Of a DNA stretch of 64,000 nt, positions 24,243 through 37,920 are shown one piece after another. How positions within the stretch are numbered: position 1 is the stretch's first letter; each line of letters begins with the position of its first letter. The position numbers and the translations under genes were made by a program. The stretch is from Tubiluchus corallicola (Eukaryota > Animalia > Priapulida). The notes under the pieces are model-generated. The model made no database searches and was not told the origin of the DNA. It was given only the letters and a program-made list of their open reading frames with translations. The DNA is taken from the NCBI GenBank assembly GCA_030141605.1, contig JAQGDQ010000579.1, positions 1 to 64,000 of the forward strand. The letters are read 5' to 3'.

Positions 24243-24537
24243 AACCCTAACCTAACCTTAACCCTAAGTCCAACCCCAATCCTAATCCTATCCCTAACCC
24301 AACCCTAACCCTAATCTCAACCCCAGCCCAACCTAACTTAACCTTAACCCCAACCCTAACTCTAACCCTAATCCTAATCTCAACCCCAAGCCCAACCTAA
24401 CTTAATCTTAATCCCAACCCCAACCCTAATCCTAATCTCAACCCCAAGCCCAAACCCAACCTAACTTAACCTTAATCCCTGCCCTAACTCTAACCCTAAT
24501 CCCAACCCAACGTTAATGCGAACCATAATCCTAAGCC
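24243..24537 (+). repeat. Degenerate (CCCTAA)n-like tract
   Basis: ccctaa, cccaa and cctaat variants. Confidence 0.88.
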
Positions 24538-24915
24538 CAGTCCACTTCACGCACTAATTTCTTGTGTGTGGGAAATTGAAATCTTTCGCCACTCTATATT
24601 TTCGTTCTCAAGGAATTAACAGGATGACAGAGAGATACAGTTCATACGACTGACAGGCTAAAATTTCGTTATGACTATGAAAATTTTGACGTGAAAATCT
24701 TACGACAGCAAGAAGGGAAAATTCCTACGCGATTTTCATCATACGCTTTAAAGGCAGTTCACAAATGGACGGTAATGAATGGGGGAATCCGGATATGAAT
24801 GAGAGACATTAGAAACAAATTTGACAGCTCCAGCAGATGCATTCACTCAAGTACGTCTTAATGAATGTACAGAATCTAGATGACTGATTTTACGTTAGGG
24901 CAACCACCGGTCTAC

Positions 24916-25559
24916 TTAAAGGACAAGAAAAGGGGTACTTAAAGTAGGTTTCAGAAAAATTGCCTTAAGAAATTATAATTGCTTTATAGTAATTTTATGC
25001 GTATATCGTACTCGCGTTGAAAGAACTTTTTGTTTGTTTTCATTTTAAATTTTCCACGACACAGTTCCGACCGCGCCATTAGGTGACGTCACCTACGCAC
25101 AACGTAGGGGGAAAAGGAAATGTTAAATTATGTCCAAAAAACTTTCCCTGCAAAGTTATATTACTTAGCATTTCGCTTACCTGCTTGAAAGACTTATGTA
25201 ACTAGAAAAGAAAATTATCGCCGACTCACGCTCCAGGGTGCGCCACTCACTAACCAAAAACGTATTTTTAATCTTATTGACAAGATACAGTAATTTTAAA
25301 TTTTATTTAGTTAGTGACGTGTGCGCTACGAACGTCCTGATTATTTTCTCAAACTTCACGCAATGTTATCTAAACGTGTTTCAAACGACTTACCATTAAA
25401 ATGGCAGCGCCGAACGGTCATAACGGGAGTTTAAATTTACAAGTTTTATACAGCGTTGCTGCTAATACAAACCCTGTATGTAAGACAACATGTAAGTGAT
25501 ACAAAATTTCAAGAAGAGTATAAAGTTTTATTTATGAAGAGTGCTCTCTTGTGCTTTAA
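24916..25559 (+). mobile_element. Kolobok-like MITE family B, complete copy
   Basis: ttaa-aggacaagaaaag ... ctctcttgtgct-ttaa. Confidence 0.8.
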
Positions 25560-26017
25560 AGCTTAACGCAAATTTCAAAGCCAATCCTACTAGAAACCCA
25601 TTTCAAGCAATTTCATGGCTCATCATAATTCGAAACCGTTACAAAGGTGTCAAGAAAATTTGTCATCTCCAACGAATAAGTGCCCTGTGTTTTAGTGAAT
25701 GTAAGCTGAAATTTAAATCTGTATTATGTCTTGATCGTACAAGGCAGATGAAACTAAAATTATAATTTCTTGGCTTTAATGATATTGGACTGAATTCGAC
25801 TCAGGGGGGTCGAACTCCAAGATGGCATGGCGGTCTTGATATTGCGCATCATGAAGATCCATTTTACTATCATTGTGTAATTGATTACTTAACTACGAAT
25901 GTTAATTTTAGTTACAAATGTTATGCTAATTAACTAAGTTAATGCCTGTAAACAAATACCATGTATCTGTTATAGCATGTCATTTAACTCTCATAAAATA
26001 AAACACAATAATTACAC

Positions 26018-26312
26018 TGTAGGGAGTTTATTATCAGCACTAATAAAAATAGGGAACAAAATACAGACGCACAAAAAATAACCAACTCAGTAACAGGACT
26101 ACGCCCGAGGAGCACCTGTGTCAGAAATCAAGGCTGTAGTGACCTCTACACGTTTTTATACTGGCACTCCGGGTCAGCCGGCTTCTTCTCACACCACGTG
26201 TAGGCCCAAACAAGACGTCTGGACCTACAAGAAATGGGTGAGTCACTGCTGACGTGGAAGCAGGGCGTGTAGAGGGCCCTACACCTGACCCGACACAGGT
26301 GCCTCCGTAACA
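26018..26312 (-). mobile_element. Probable solo LTR (~295 bp)
   Basis: Minus strand reads TGTTACGG...TATAAAAA...AATAAA...CCCTACA (TG...CA ends, TATA, polyA signal). No clean TSD. Confidence 0.55.
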
Positions 26313-26825
26313 ATATTATGGTATATTGATAATCAGTAATTGTAGTTCTATATGTAGCACAGCATGTAAGCGATATAGAATTTCAAGACGAAGTTTATTT
26401 GAGAAGAGTGTTCTCTTGTAGTTTAATGAAATACTAAAACAGCGAAAAAGTTACTCAGCTACTTAGCACGAACCTAATTAAATCATGTTAGCTAGAGCAG
26501 AACAACGTAGGTCATGGTGTCTTATCTGTCTTCATCCCAAGTGCAACGAGACCTGTTATAATTATTCTCCTAATTACCCACTTTTATCATTCTTGCTGGA
26601 TATGAAGCCATTTGCCACGCGGGACGCAGAGTCGTTTAGAGCAAGTTACCATAGCGACCGGACGACGATATCGCGCAAGAGAGAGATTTTAACAACAGTT
26701 TTACTAGCCGATTAATGCATGGGCTTGAAAATGCCACGTCTGTAGCCCGTAAATACATAAATATCCCGATGACAGCTTGTGGAAAACACAAGAAACAGAA
26801 ATCCACCTGCTAGGGTATAGTAAGT

Positions 26826-27470
26826 TTCAAGCAAAGCCGGACCCAATCCTAAACTATGGGTCAAAACAGTTTACTCTTTAAAATCGTATATATTAATCCT
26901 ACTGGTACGGGCTTAATATCTTTATATATACATATGTATATATATATAAGATTCGAAGCTACACGTACTATTTTTCAAAAATGACTTACGTGAAAGAATT
27001 ATTATCACACAAACACAATTTCACGTTCGCGCCACTAGTTCTTCACTGTTACATGCATTTCGCCTTCGCTAGTTAGATGGGCACTGGTGCCTGTATTTCG
27101 AAAACGCGATGCACAAAAAACAGTGCTGTACCTCTCATTTCAGAGTTGTTCGTTTGTGACGTTCGACAGCTTTTGCGTGACCACGGTGGTAAATTTGAAA
27201 TTTTACCTTGAAACTTGCCTGGTTTTAGTAGAACACAATGAATATCTTACAGTAGCGCTGTATCTAAATATTCGCTCTCTCAAACACGTGCAACATGCTC
27301 ATGGAATGTTTTTGCTGTTGAAAACGTTGCTCGTTTGTGATGTCATTAATAGTTGTGCTCACCCGTCGGTAACTCAGATTTTAGATTATTATTTAAATAT
27401 CAGAAACGCCTTTGCACTATGACTGCTGTTAAAATGTATACTTTTTACCGTACTTGAAAATAGGGTAGGA
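26826..27470 (+). mobile_element. Kolobok-like MITE family A copy
   Basis: agcaaagccggacccaatcc start, same body, small internal insertion. Confidence 0.72.
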
Positions 27471-28448
27471 TATAGTCTTCCTTCTAGTAGCCACTGTAGT
27501 AGCGCAGTGGACCGTGTTTGTTTGTTTGCCCGTTCTTCAGTCCGTCCCGAACATCAAATCTACGATTGCACTTAAGATACCTTACAGAAAATTTACTGTT
27601 TTGTACTGTTCCACTGTCTTGATTATCATGCAGACTTCTTAGCATGCAAGCAAAGTTCTTCTATATACAGTGAAAACAGACAACAGCTAGTAAGCTAACT
27701 ATGTAGCTAATATAAGCTACCCTATATATAAAAAGACGCGTATTTTTGTGCTTAACAATGCGAGGAAAATCTAAAAGAAAAACACTCAAAAACTAGATAC
27801 AAAACCCAACAGGTTAAAGGTCAAAAATGTAATTTTGAACAATCAGCTTTCATGGAAAAATTCTGAAAGAACAAAAGTGGTGACACTATAGAGTTCAGGG
27901 AATTCTTGTAGACTGCTATTCTAGCCAGTATTCAGCATTTGTTACACCTGTAGACTATAGAATCATTTAAAACGAGAATTTTAGTTTTAATGGGTTTAGC
28001 CAGACGCTGTAAAATTCCCATAAATGGTTTATATTGCGCGACATGTCTGACACGGAAAGGCAAACGCACGAAGACGCACAGCCAATAATACCATTGAAAA
28101 TTGCTTTCTGCAAGTGAAAAAACAACTTTTACTTTTAAAACTCTGTTTCTTTAAAGGAAAACAATCATCTAGAGAACATGCTGCATCGCCGATGAAACCA
28201 AATTACTTCCAATTATTTTATAGAGGAACTACCCAAACGGTACCTGCTCGTTTTGTTCTTAGGAAAAGGCTTAAGTTTAAATGCCCTTTTCAAATGGCTC
28301 TCTTAGGACCTAGAAGATCGTTCACAGTATCGATACATCATACACGACAGGACAGTTTTATAGAGTCAACACAAAAAAGGGCAAAGACGCTTATTTACAG
28401 TCGCTAGGACAACAGGGAACATTAGCGATTGGCTGCTTTAAGCGACAC

Positions 28449-29079
28449 TTGAAGTATAAGAAAACACGCTTGATAAATAAAGCTTAAAAAAATCGTCTTG
28501 AAATTTTATATTACTTATGCTATCTGAAAATTTAAACTCCCGTGATGGCCATTAGGCATTTTAAAGATAAGTTATTTGAAACAAGTTTAGATAACACTGA
28601 GCAAAGTTTGAAAAAAATGATCACAGCATTCGTAGTGCACCGGCCACTAACTAAATAAAATTTGAATTAGTGTACGTTATTACTAAGATTAAAAATACGT
28701 TTTTGGTTAGCGAGTGGTGCACTCTGGAGGGTGAGTCAGCGACATTTTACCAGCCGGTGAAAACAATTTAAATAATTAATAATTTTCTTTTCTGGTTACA
28801 TATGTCTTTCTAACAGGTAAGCGAAATACTAAGTAATATAACTTTGCATGAAGTGTTTTTGGGACATAATTTAACATTTCCTTTTCTTCCCCTGATTCAC
28901 GCTGTGCGTATATGACGTCATGTAATGGTGCGGTAGGAACAGTATTGCGGGAAATTTAAAATGAAAACACACAAAAATCCTTTCATCGCAAGAACGATAT
29001 TGGCTATACTGTAAAGTAATATAATTTTTTAAGGGAATTTTCAGAAATCTACTTCAGGTACCGCTTTCTTGCCCTTTAA
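28449..29079 (-). mobile_element. Family B copy
   Basis: Ends ttcttgccct-ttaa; reverse-complement similarity to 24916-25559 and 36357-37056. Confidence 0.75.
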
Positions 29080-29173
29080 CAGCGGCGCCTGTGTAAAAAA
29101 ACGCATAGGCTTCGTTGCTCGGCCACCTTGAAGCAGCCGATAATTAGAATTACTGAGCAGTTGTGGTTTAGAC

Positions 29174-29601
29174 AAAGTGGAATTCAAGGGAAGGGCATGA
29201 AATCTATAAGGTATGACACGAGGCTTGGAAACTCTCTTAATGCAAGTTTGGAGTCAAACAGAAACTGGAGCAACTAAAAGTGGAATTCAAGGGAGGGCAG
29301 GAGGCTTGGAAACTCTCTTAATGCAAGTTTGGAGTCAAACAGAAACTGGACCAACTAAAAGTGGAATTCAAGGGAGGGCTGGAGGCTTGGACACTCTCTT
29401 AATGCAAGTTTGGAGTCAAACAGAAACTGGACCAACTAAAAGTGGAATTCGAGGGAGAACAGGAGGCTTGGAAACTCTTTTAATGCAAGTTTGGAGTCAA
29501 AAAGAAACTGGACCAACTAAAAGTGGAATTCAAGGGAGGGCTGGAGGCTTGGAAACTCTCTTAATGCAAGTTTGGAGTCAAACAGAAACTCGACCAACTA
29601 A
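29174..29601 (+). repeat. 81-bp tandem repeat, about 5 units
   Basis: gaggcttggaaactctcttaatgcaagtttggagtcaaacagaaactgg... Confidence 0.94.
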
Positions 29602-30421
29602 CTCACAGAAAGTTGAGAAAAAATCAAAACAAAAACAGTTAAGCCAATAGTTTATATCCTTAAATAATTCTATCCCCAATACAAACCAACAACTTCTACT
29701 AAATTATCATGTTTCTGATTATAAATTAGCTCCGCCCACATGAAAATTAACCTAATTAAGGAAATAAGTGATTTAAAACAAGATTTTCACCCTCACAAAT
29801 ACCGCGTACAATTTTGGCCTTACCAATACTCAACACTCAGAGATGAACAAGTCGATAATTAGCATAATATTATGTACACGTAAACTTAGGCAGACTAATA
29901 TTGATACAGTAATCAGTAACAAGTAGTTGGTAAACTCGGTTAAGAGTTACTCAAAAGCCCTGCAAACACAAAGCTGTTACAAAGTTTACAGAGCGTGGTA
30001 CTTACACAGCATGAAAAAGTTATTCAATGTGTTTTTATACAATAATATAACCGCTGAATGTAAATAATTTCTGTTGCTCTGCTTATGTTATAACTTAATT
30101 AGAATTATGGCTGAATGAGCCGATGATAAAGGTGAAGACAGACAAGGTTCAGCAACTGGAAAATGTTTGAAGCAGAGAGACAGCCACAGTATTTAACCTT
30201 CTTAATTACAACCTCAATGTTATAAATATAAACAAACGGTTTATTCATTTAAAAACGAAATTTGGGTGTAAGTAAATGCGTAATTGAAAGACCAGAAGGG
30301 ATTAGTACCACTGTTCAATTAAGATACAGAATTCCGTAATGTTAAAATAAGAGTTAAAGCACATAAGCACACAAAAATTAAACAACGCGATTTATGATAT
30401 TTCATTTGATTTACTGAAACC

Positions 30422-30968
30422 TTAAAGCAAAAACCGGACCCGATCTTAAACTAGATCAAAACAATCTACTCTTTAAAATCTTGAAAGGAAACATACTATG
30501 TTTTCAAAAATGACTCACGTGAAAGAATTATTATCACACAAACAAGTTTCGCGTTCGCGCCATTAGTTCTCCATTGTTACATGCATTTCGCCATTCGCTA
30601 GTTAGCTGGACACTAGCGCCTGCATTTCGGAAACGCGTTGCACAACAAACAGGTGCTGTACCTCTCAGTTCAGATGTGTTAGACCATGACGAACTACACA
30701 CGTTTGACAGCTCATGAGTGAACAGATCGGTAAATTTGAAATTTGAATTTTTATCTTAAAATAGTAGCGCTGTATTTCAATTTTCGCTTTCGCAAACTCG
30801 TACAACGCGCTCATGGAATGTTTTTGATGTCAAAAATTACGTTAGTTTGTGATGTGGGGTCGCCCGCCGTTAATTAAGTTTTTAATCTACTATTTAGTTA
30901 ACAGAAACGCTTTTGCAGTGTTAACTGTGTTAAAATGTATACCTTTATCGGATTTGAAGATGGGGTAA
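30422..30968 (+). mobile_element. Kolobok-like MITE family A copy
   Basis: ttaa-agcaaaaaccggaccc start; right end truncated. Confidence 0.72.
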
Positions 30969-31092
30969 TATGTGGGGTAATAATTTAAATTAAGACATCA
31001 AGAAAGAAGTAAATTATGCATTGTAGTTATGGAATAAATTAAAATGTCAATGGGTGACATGAAAAACTCTGCAAAGTGCGCCATTTTGTATT

Positions 31093-31572
31093 TTAAAGCG
31101 CAAGCAAACACTCGATCATATATATTCTGAAATTTTATACCACTTACATGCTGTCTTATTGCACACAGGGCTTGCGTTAGCAATAACGATGTATAAAACT
31201 TGTAAATCTAAACTATTGGCCGATAGGAGCAGCCATTTTGACGCTAAGTCGTTTGAAAAAAGTTTAGATCACATTGTGTAAAGTTTGAAAAATAATCACA
31301 GCATTAGTAGCACAGGCTTCCCAACTTAAGAAAAAGCTTATAGTACTGGATGTTGTCAATAACATCAATAATGTGTGTTTTTTTGGTGAATCACTGGTGC
31401 ACACTGGGATGGCTACGCAGTGCCATTTTAGCAGATGGCAGGAACATTTTAAATTATTACGAATATCCTTTCTAAATTGTAAAAGTCTTCAAACAGGTAA
31501 CTGTGTTGCTATTTAATATGAGTTTGTGAGGAAAGTTCTCTGTGACAAACCATAAAATTTCATTTTCTTCCC
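31093..31572 (-). mobile_element. Family B-related copy
   Basis: ttaa-agcgcaag terminus; shared cagccatttt and ggtgcacactgggat blocks. Confidence 0.65.
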
Positions 31573-32663
31573 GCTTAATCGAATCAATTTCCATTCGACA
31601 AGTATGAAAAACATTGTTGTTCAAAGTATCTGATCGTAATCACGGATTTGTTCAAGTTGCCAAGTAATCAGAGATGTAGAACAGCTATTGATCTGTGAAA
31701 TTCCTGATGTATGCTCAGCGTACACTGTTTCGAAATCCAACTTATTTAACAGGATCAATACAAGTTGTCTTCTGAGACGCTGAGGTATCAGTCAAGATGC
31801 CAAGATAGTATAACTGAAGTTTTACCAACTGGAAATGGCAAAACACGCCTCCGCCGTCCACGCGTTGTGTGTCATACTTCCAACCAGTGGCGGCTCGTGT
31901 ATAGGTACTGTGGTACTGCAGCACCTCCTATTCTCACTCGATATTATCGATAATATTTAATATAATAATCTTTTTTCTTTAGTTCTTTCTTAATACTTGT
32001 GCGGAACCGGAACACGTGAGGGAAGTACAATTTGCTTCACAGCCCAGCAACGCTAGCTGTGCGAATGCGGCCATGCGCACGTCTGAGATAAGACTCTGTA
32101 CTTTAGGTAGAAAGAGTACTGTCCCTCACTCAGGCTATTACGTTTCTGTATATGCTTCGTTTGTCATACGCTTAATTTGTATTGCACCTTGTATTTTCGT
32201 TTTGCACGTATATGCCCATTGTATTATATGCTGTGCTAATTACAATAATGCTAAATTCGTAACACACAGTCTGTAATAATGAATGATATCTTTAATGCCG
32301 TCTGTGATTCCTCCAGGTCATGTTGAACGGAGAACCGCCGTTTATCCATAGTAACGAAAAACTCCCACGCAGTCTCTAAACTGCTACCTGAAAACTGTTG
32401 CTAAGGCAGTGGACAATGGTCGCCGATTGGTCAGCTGAACAGCTGCACGGCCGAAATGATATTATGAATACATCAAAGTCGACAGGACTGCAATTTCATT
32501 CTCAAAGGTCGTTGGTGCCACTGGTCAGCCATTCACCCAAATGTCATCAGCTAAAGTCAGACAATAAAATGCAGTAATAATGACCATATAAGGCAGTCCT
32601 ATAGAGCCTTTGTGAAGTGTACACAAAGCCAACGATCTCAACACTTCACCAACCAACATGTCA

Positions 32664-33277
32664 TTAAAGGAAGACAGGATGATTTTTCATATACTACCCC
32701 CTATTTTCAAGTTAGAAAAAAGTAAACATTTTAACACAACTAATACTGTAAAAGCGTTTCGGATAAATAATGAATTAAAAACTTAATTAACGGCGGGCGC
32801 GCCCAGCTATTGGTGGCATCACAAACTAACATAATTTTCAAAAGCAAAAACATTCCATGAGCGTGTTACACATGTTTGCGAAAGCGAAAATTTAAGTACA
32901 GTGCTACTGAAGGATATTCAGTGTGTTGTACTAAAACTAGGTTTTAAGATAAAAATTCAAATTTCAAGTTTACCGCTACACTCACGCATGAGCTGCCGAA
33001 CGTTCATCACAAACTAACACATCTGAACTGAGAGGTACTGTAGTTGTTTTTTATGTAATGCGTTTCTGAAATGCAGGCGCCAGTGCCCGTCTAAGTAGCA
33101 AAGGGCGAAATGCGTGTAACAGTGAAGAATTAGTAGCGCGAACGTGAAATTGCATTTGTGTGGTAATATTTCTTTCACGTAAGTCATTTTCGAAAAAAAT
33201 AGTACGTTACCTTTCAACATTTTAAAGAGTAGATTGTTTCGGCCTACAGTTTAAGATTTGGTCCGGTTTTGCTTTAA
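32664..33277 (-). mobile_element. Kolobok-like MITE family A, complete copy
   Basis: ttaa-aggaagacaggatgat ... gtccggttttgct-ttaa. Confidence 0.82.
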
Positions 33278-34569
33278 TTGAACGAAGAATATAGGACAAA
33301 AACGTCTTTACAAAATTAAAGGAAGACTGGACGATTGTTTAGACTCAATCTCATTTAATTTACTGTCCAAAATTACGTAAGACATTTTTTTGCAGATACT
33401 CGTTTCATTCTAGATGTCGTGATGGTTTTCAACTCTCAGTTTCCGACTGCAAGACAAGCTAATAAATGTAACAGCATCAGTAACTTTTATAATACCATTA
33501 TGCAAATGAGGTGCAGATGTTGCATTATTGACCAGTCTTAACAACACGTCGGTTTTATGGACACAATAGGACGCTGCGATGAGTTGCAGGATGCGGTTGT
33601 CAAGACAACAGAGAAATTCACAGAATTCCACAGTTTGAAACTTAACGAGTTTTAAAATCGATTCAAGCACGTCGACAATCGGTAAACATTTTAAAATCAC
33701 AGGAAAGACTGATATTAACCTTGATTCCCAATACTTGTAATAAAGTAAATAACCAAAGCGATGCTATTACAGCCAATTAAACATAAATGATGATGTACGT
33801 ACTCCTGTAGTTTCTAAGATTTCCCCTATTGTGCCTGGCAGCAGAATCAGAAACAACCAAACAGGCAAGAATGAAAGTAGCAGTGAAATTGAGTGACTTG
33901 AAGAAAAACCAAGAATTTGTTTTCACAAATGACAAAAATATAAACTAACATTGACAAACCGCTACGCTAAGTGAAAATTGGGCACAGTCACGGACGTTGA
34001 ACGCCAGACGCTCAAAAAAGACGAAGAGATTCCAACGTTTGTTGCCAAAATGTTTGATTTGACCACCCATTGACAATATATACATTCTTTCTCACTTCCA
34101 GATGCTAGGCGTGGACGCCAGGCACTGGTCTGGTGTATCATTGGTTTTACTTATCACCTGTACCTGTCCACTTCTGTGTTTAAATGATTATCTGCCTACC
34201 ATAAGCAGATGTCATTTGACTTGCGTGTCATTTACTTTCATTATAATATTAATTACAGTAAGTCCTAAGTCTATTGCATTCCAGCAAACGCCGACGTTAA
34301 GTGAAACGTCGTTAAACGAAACCAAGACTTCCATAGAAAGTAATGTAAAAGAATTAGGATGCGTTCCAGAGGCAAAAATCAATGCTTCTTAAATCATATA
34401 AATTAAACTTTCGATGAGTTTTACTCATGTTTCTACTGATTAATTTTTTCGTGCTTGCTTGAAACCTCCTTTATATCTAACTTACCTAGCTAGCGGCTTC
34501 TCTTTAGTTGACCTTCAAGTCTAGGCTGTGGTACAATTGATAATACAATACAATGGGTTAATATATATA

Positions 34570-34600
<31 letters not shown>

Positions 34601-34926
34601 ATATAATATATATAAATAGGTAATTAGGCAGCAATGTTAGTAATATATCTTTAATTTCATTGAGAGTGAAGCCGGGAATTTCTACTTCGTTTAACGTTGC
34701 CTATAATTAAGTACTAAACCAGTTTTTGATTCTAAACCAGTAAGCTTTTAATACTGGCTTCAAACCGCGTTGAGAGCGATTAACACAGCGAAGCTGGGAC
34801 GCCTAAGTGAGACGTTAAATTACTACTTATGGTAGCTTACCTTGCACATCCTATAGCCCTAAAAACTCCGTTTTCAAACGAAAGCCCGACTTTAATATTT
34901 TAATTTGAACAACTAGGTGATTCGAT

Positions 34927-35452
34927 TTAAAGGAAAGGTTCAAGCCTTCTGGGAAGTTAGGTTTATTTCAATTTTCACAAAAAATGTTACTACGATTTAG
35001 TAATACTATCTCACTTTAAAGTCGCGATCATTTCACGCTTGAGCGCTCCCAGTTTGAACATCGTTCATCGACTGAAGAAATGCACTGTACACTGCCAGTC
35101 GACACCAAAATTTTAATGTGAGTTCTTATAAAGAATTAGAAAGCTAATTTTGTGATATTTTTGCACGCACGTTACACAAGTTGCAGAAGTTTGAATTAGT
35201 TTAAGCGGCGCGCGCGCACCTACGCCGCAACGCACTTACATAAAAAAGTCGCAAAGCTCACCACTTACGTCACAATTTCACGTGATTGATGGCTACCACG
35301 GTTTGTGGTGAAGTGATGGGTAGCACCTAAAAATTGCTACACATCATTAATATAAATCAACTTTATGCTTTATAGACAGTTTTGTCACATTAAGTTTAAC
35401 TGACAACAGTAAAATAAACCTGACTCGCTAAGTGATTTCTCTTTTCCTTTAA
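34927..35452 (+). mobile_element. Kolobok-like MITE family C, complete copy
   Basis: ttaa-aggaaaggttcaag ... cttttcct-ttaa. Confidence 0.78.
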
Positions 35453-35467
35453 TCAAGTAAACTAAGG

Positions 35468-36066
35468 GGTAAAGCCTTGCACGAGGCCTGCACCGAGCAA
35501 GCAAGCAAGCGTTAAAGCCTTACACGAGGCCTGCACCTAGTAAGCAAGCAAGCATGGCAAGCGTTAAAGCCTTACACGAGGCCAGCACCAAGCAAGCATC
35601 ACAAGCGTTAAAGCCTTACACGAGGCCTGCACCAAGCAAGCATCACAAGGGTTAAAGCCTTACACGAGGCCTGCACCAAGTAAGCAAGCAAGCATGGCAA
35701 GGGTTAAACCCTTACACGAGGCCTGCACCAAGTAAGCAAGGAAGCATGGCAAGAGTTAAAGGCTTGCACGAGGCCTGCACCAAGCAAGCAAGTAAGCAAG
35801 CAAGCATGGCAAGCGTTAAAGCCTTACACGAGGCCTGCACCAAGTAAGCAAGCAAGCATGGCAAGGGTTAAAGCCTTGCACGAGGCCTGCACCAAGCAAG
35901 CAAGCAAGCATGGCAAGCGTTAAAGCCTTACACGAGGCCTGCACCAAGTAAGCAAGCAAGCATGGCAAGCGTTAAAGCCTTACACGAGGCCTGCACCAAG
36001 TAAGCAAACAAACATGGCAAGCGTTAAAGCCTTACACGAGGCCTGCACTAAGTAAGCAAGCAAGCA
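35468..36066 (+). repeat. 44-60-bp minisatellite, about 12 units with variable (AAGC)n
   Basis: gttaaagccttacacgaggcctgcacc(aagc)n. Confidence 0.94.
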
Positions 36067-36356
36067 TTTTCGATCAATTAAGCTAACAGTAGAAGAGTTA
36101 GCTTGCCGCTTGCCCTAAAGCTAATATCAAGTTTCCAATACACACGAGCGAGTTGTTGTAAACTCATTACGTACATGATTATTTCCAGCCCGGCTCTCAT
36201 ATAAACCAGCAGGAGATGAAACTTCACACCCGGTGATCACTCAGCAGGCAGCAGCAGCAGACTCATAAAACTTAATGTACCTGCACTAAGCAAACTTCAA
36301 AATCAAAATAAAATCGAACAGCAGGAAAGCAGCGATCTATTAAATCCATCACTAGA

Positions 36357-37056
36357 TTAATGGACAAGAAAAGGGATACATAAAGTAGGTTTCAGAAAAA
36401 TCCTTTTTAAAAGATTATATTACTTTATAGCAGCTTTATGCGTATATTGTACTCACGTTGAAAGAACTTTTTGTTTGTTTTCATTTTAAATCTGCCGCAA
36501 TAGTGTTCCAACCAAGCCATTACATGTACATGACGTCATATACGCACAACGTAAATCAGGAGAAGAAAAAGAAATGTTAAACTGTGTCCCAAAAAACTTT
36601 ACGTGCAAAGTTATATTACTTAGCATTTTGCTTACCTGCTTGAAAGACTTAGATAACTACAAAGATAAATAATTACTTATTTAAAATGTTTTCACCAATT
36701 GGTAAAATGTCGTTGACTCACCTCCAGGGTGCACCACTCACTAACCAAAAACGTATTTTAATTACTTACAGTAATGATGCAGTAATTTAAAATTTTACTT
36801 AGTTAGCGATGTGTGCACTACGAATGCCCTGATTACTTTTTCAAACTTTACTCGGTGTTATCTAAAATTGTTTCAAACGACTTATCGTCAAAATGGCTGT
36901 ATCTAACAGTCATCGCGGGAGTTTAAATTCACAGGTTTTATACAGCATTACTGCCAACGCAACCCCTGTATGCAAAAAGGTAGTACGTACGTGGCATAAA
37001 ATTTCAAGACGAATTTTTTAAGCTTGATGAAAAGCGGTGGTTTTCTTTTGCTTCAA
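36357..37056 (+). mobile_element. Family B copy
   Basis: ttaa-tggacaagaaaag start; collinear with 24916-25559. Confidence 0.75.
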
Positions 37057-37379
37057 GTCATCATTCTAAACTTTTTTGTGGTCTAAATCTAAGATAACTT
37101 TCAAAAAGTAAAATAAACACTACTTAGAACACTTGCGTAGTCATTGTTCATTGGAGCAAACCAAAGCAGTGAAAAGTGTGTTGTTCACATACAAGTACGA
37201 GCGTAAGATAGACGTATTGAAACTGCTGATATTGAACATGCAGGATGCCTAAAAAGCCAACATGGCCGAAAATATTTTTCTTCGCTAATTTTTTTCAGCT
37301 TCTTGGACATTGTTGAATCTCGCTATGAATGTCAGGTGAAAGAAAGAGAGCTATTCCTTCCAACAGTGCAGTATTCTGG

Positions 37380-37920
37380 TTAAAGGAAAACCGGATGATT
37401 GTGTAAACATTATTTCAAGACAAAAAATGTTCTAAAATATTGAAAACTACAATAATTCTTTTTAAATCAAAGCTTAGATTAAATAATGATTACCCCGGAT
37501 ATTCAAATATTCAAAGCTACGCATGGCTCAGTGAATCTACTAAGATTGGTAAAGGCGCTTTTTTGTCACATTCGCATGGCCGAGAAATAGAAGGCGCTAC
37601 CGTGATAACTATAATCATGAACTGCAGTGTTAGTTTGTGACGTCATATGACGTACAGCCCATTTTCGTGACATCACGCGTTTAAGCATTAACACTTACGC
37701 AAACGTGCTTGGCGCACAAGGGAAGATGCCTGCCATTGTACAAACTGTGGCTAGTTTCTGACGTAAGCAATAGCTGTGTTCGGTTGCCGTTAACGAACTT
37801 TCTATGCTGAAGATTCAAATAAAAGAAACAATCACTAACTTTTATAGGAAAGAAAATGTATATTTTGGACAGTAAATTAAAATGAGTTTGAGTTTAAACG
37901 ATCATCCGGTTTTCCTTTAA
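37380..37920. mobile_element. TTAA-flanked Kolobok-like MITE (family D)
   Basis: ttaa-aggaaaaccggatgattgtgtaaac ... gtttaaacgatcatccggttttcct-ttaa; 25-bp TIR with 2 mismatches. Confidence 0.85.

Noticed and set aside
24243-24537. Telomere or chromosome-fusion site
   Set aside because: Short, degenerate and single-orientation; such tracts are common inside invertebrate repeats.
29213-29650. 145-aa repeat protein ORF
   Set aside because: An 81-bp unit that happens to lack stops in one frame; antisense and intronic, with no domain or splice support.
35468-36066. CRISPR-like array (also 60987-61456 and 15004-15755)
   Set aside because: No unique spacers, no cas genes, eukaryotic context; ordinary minisatellites.
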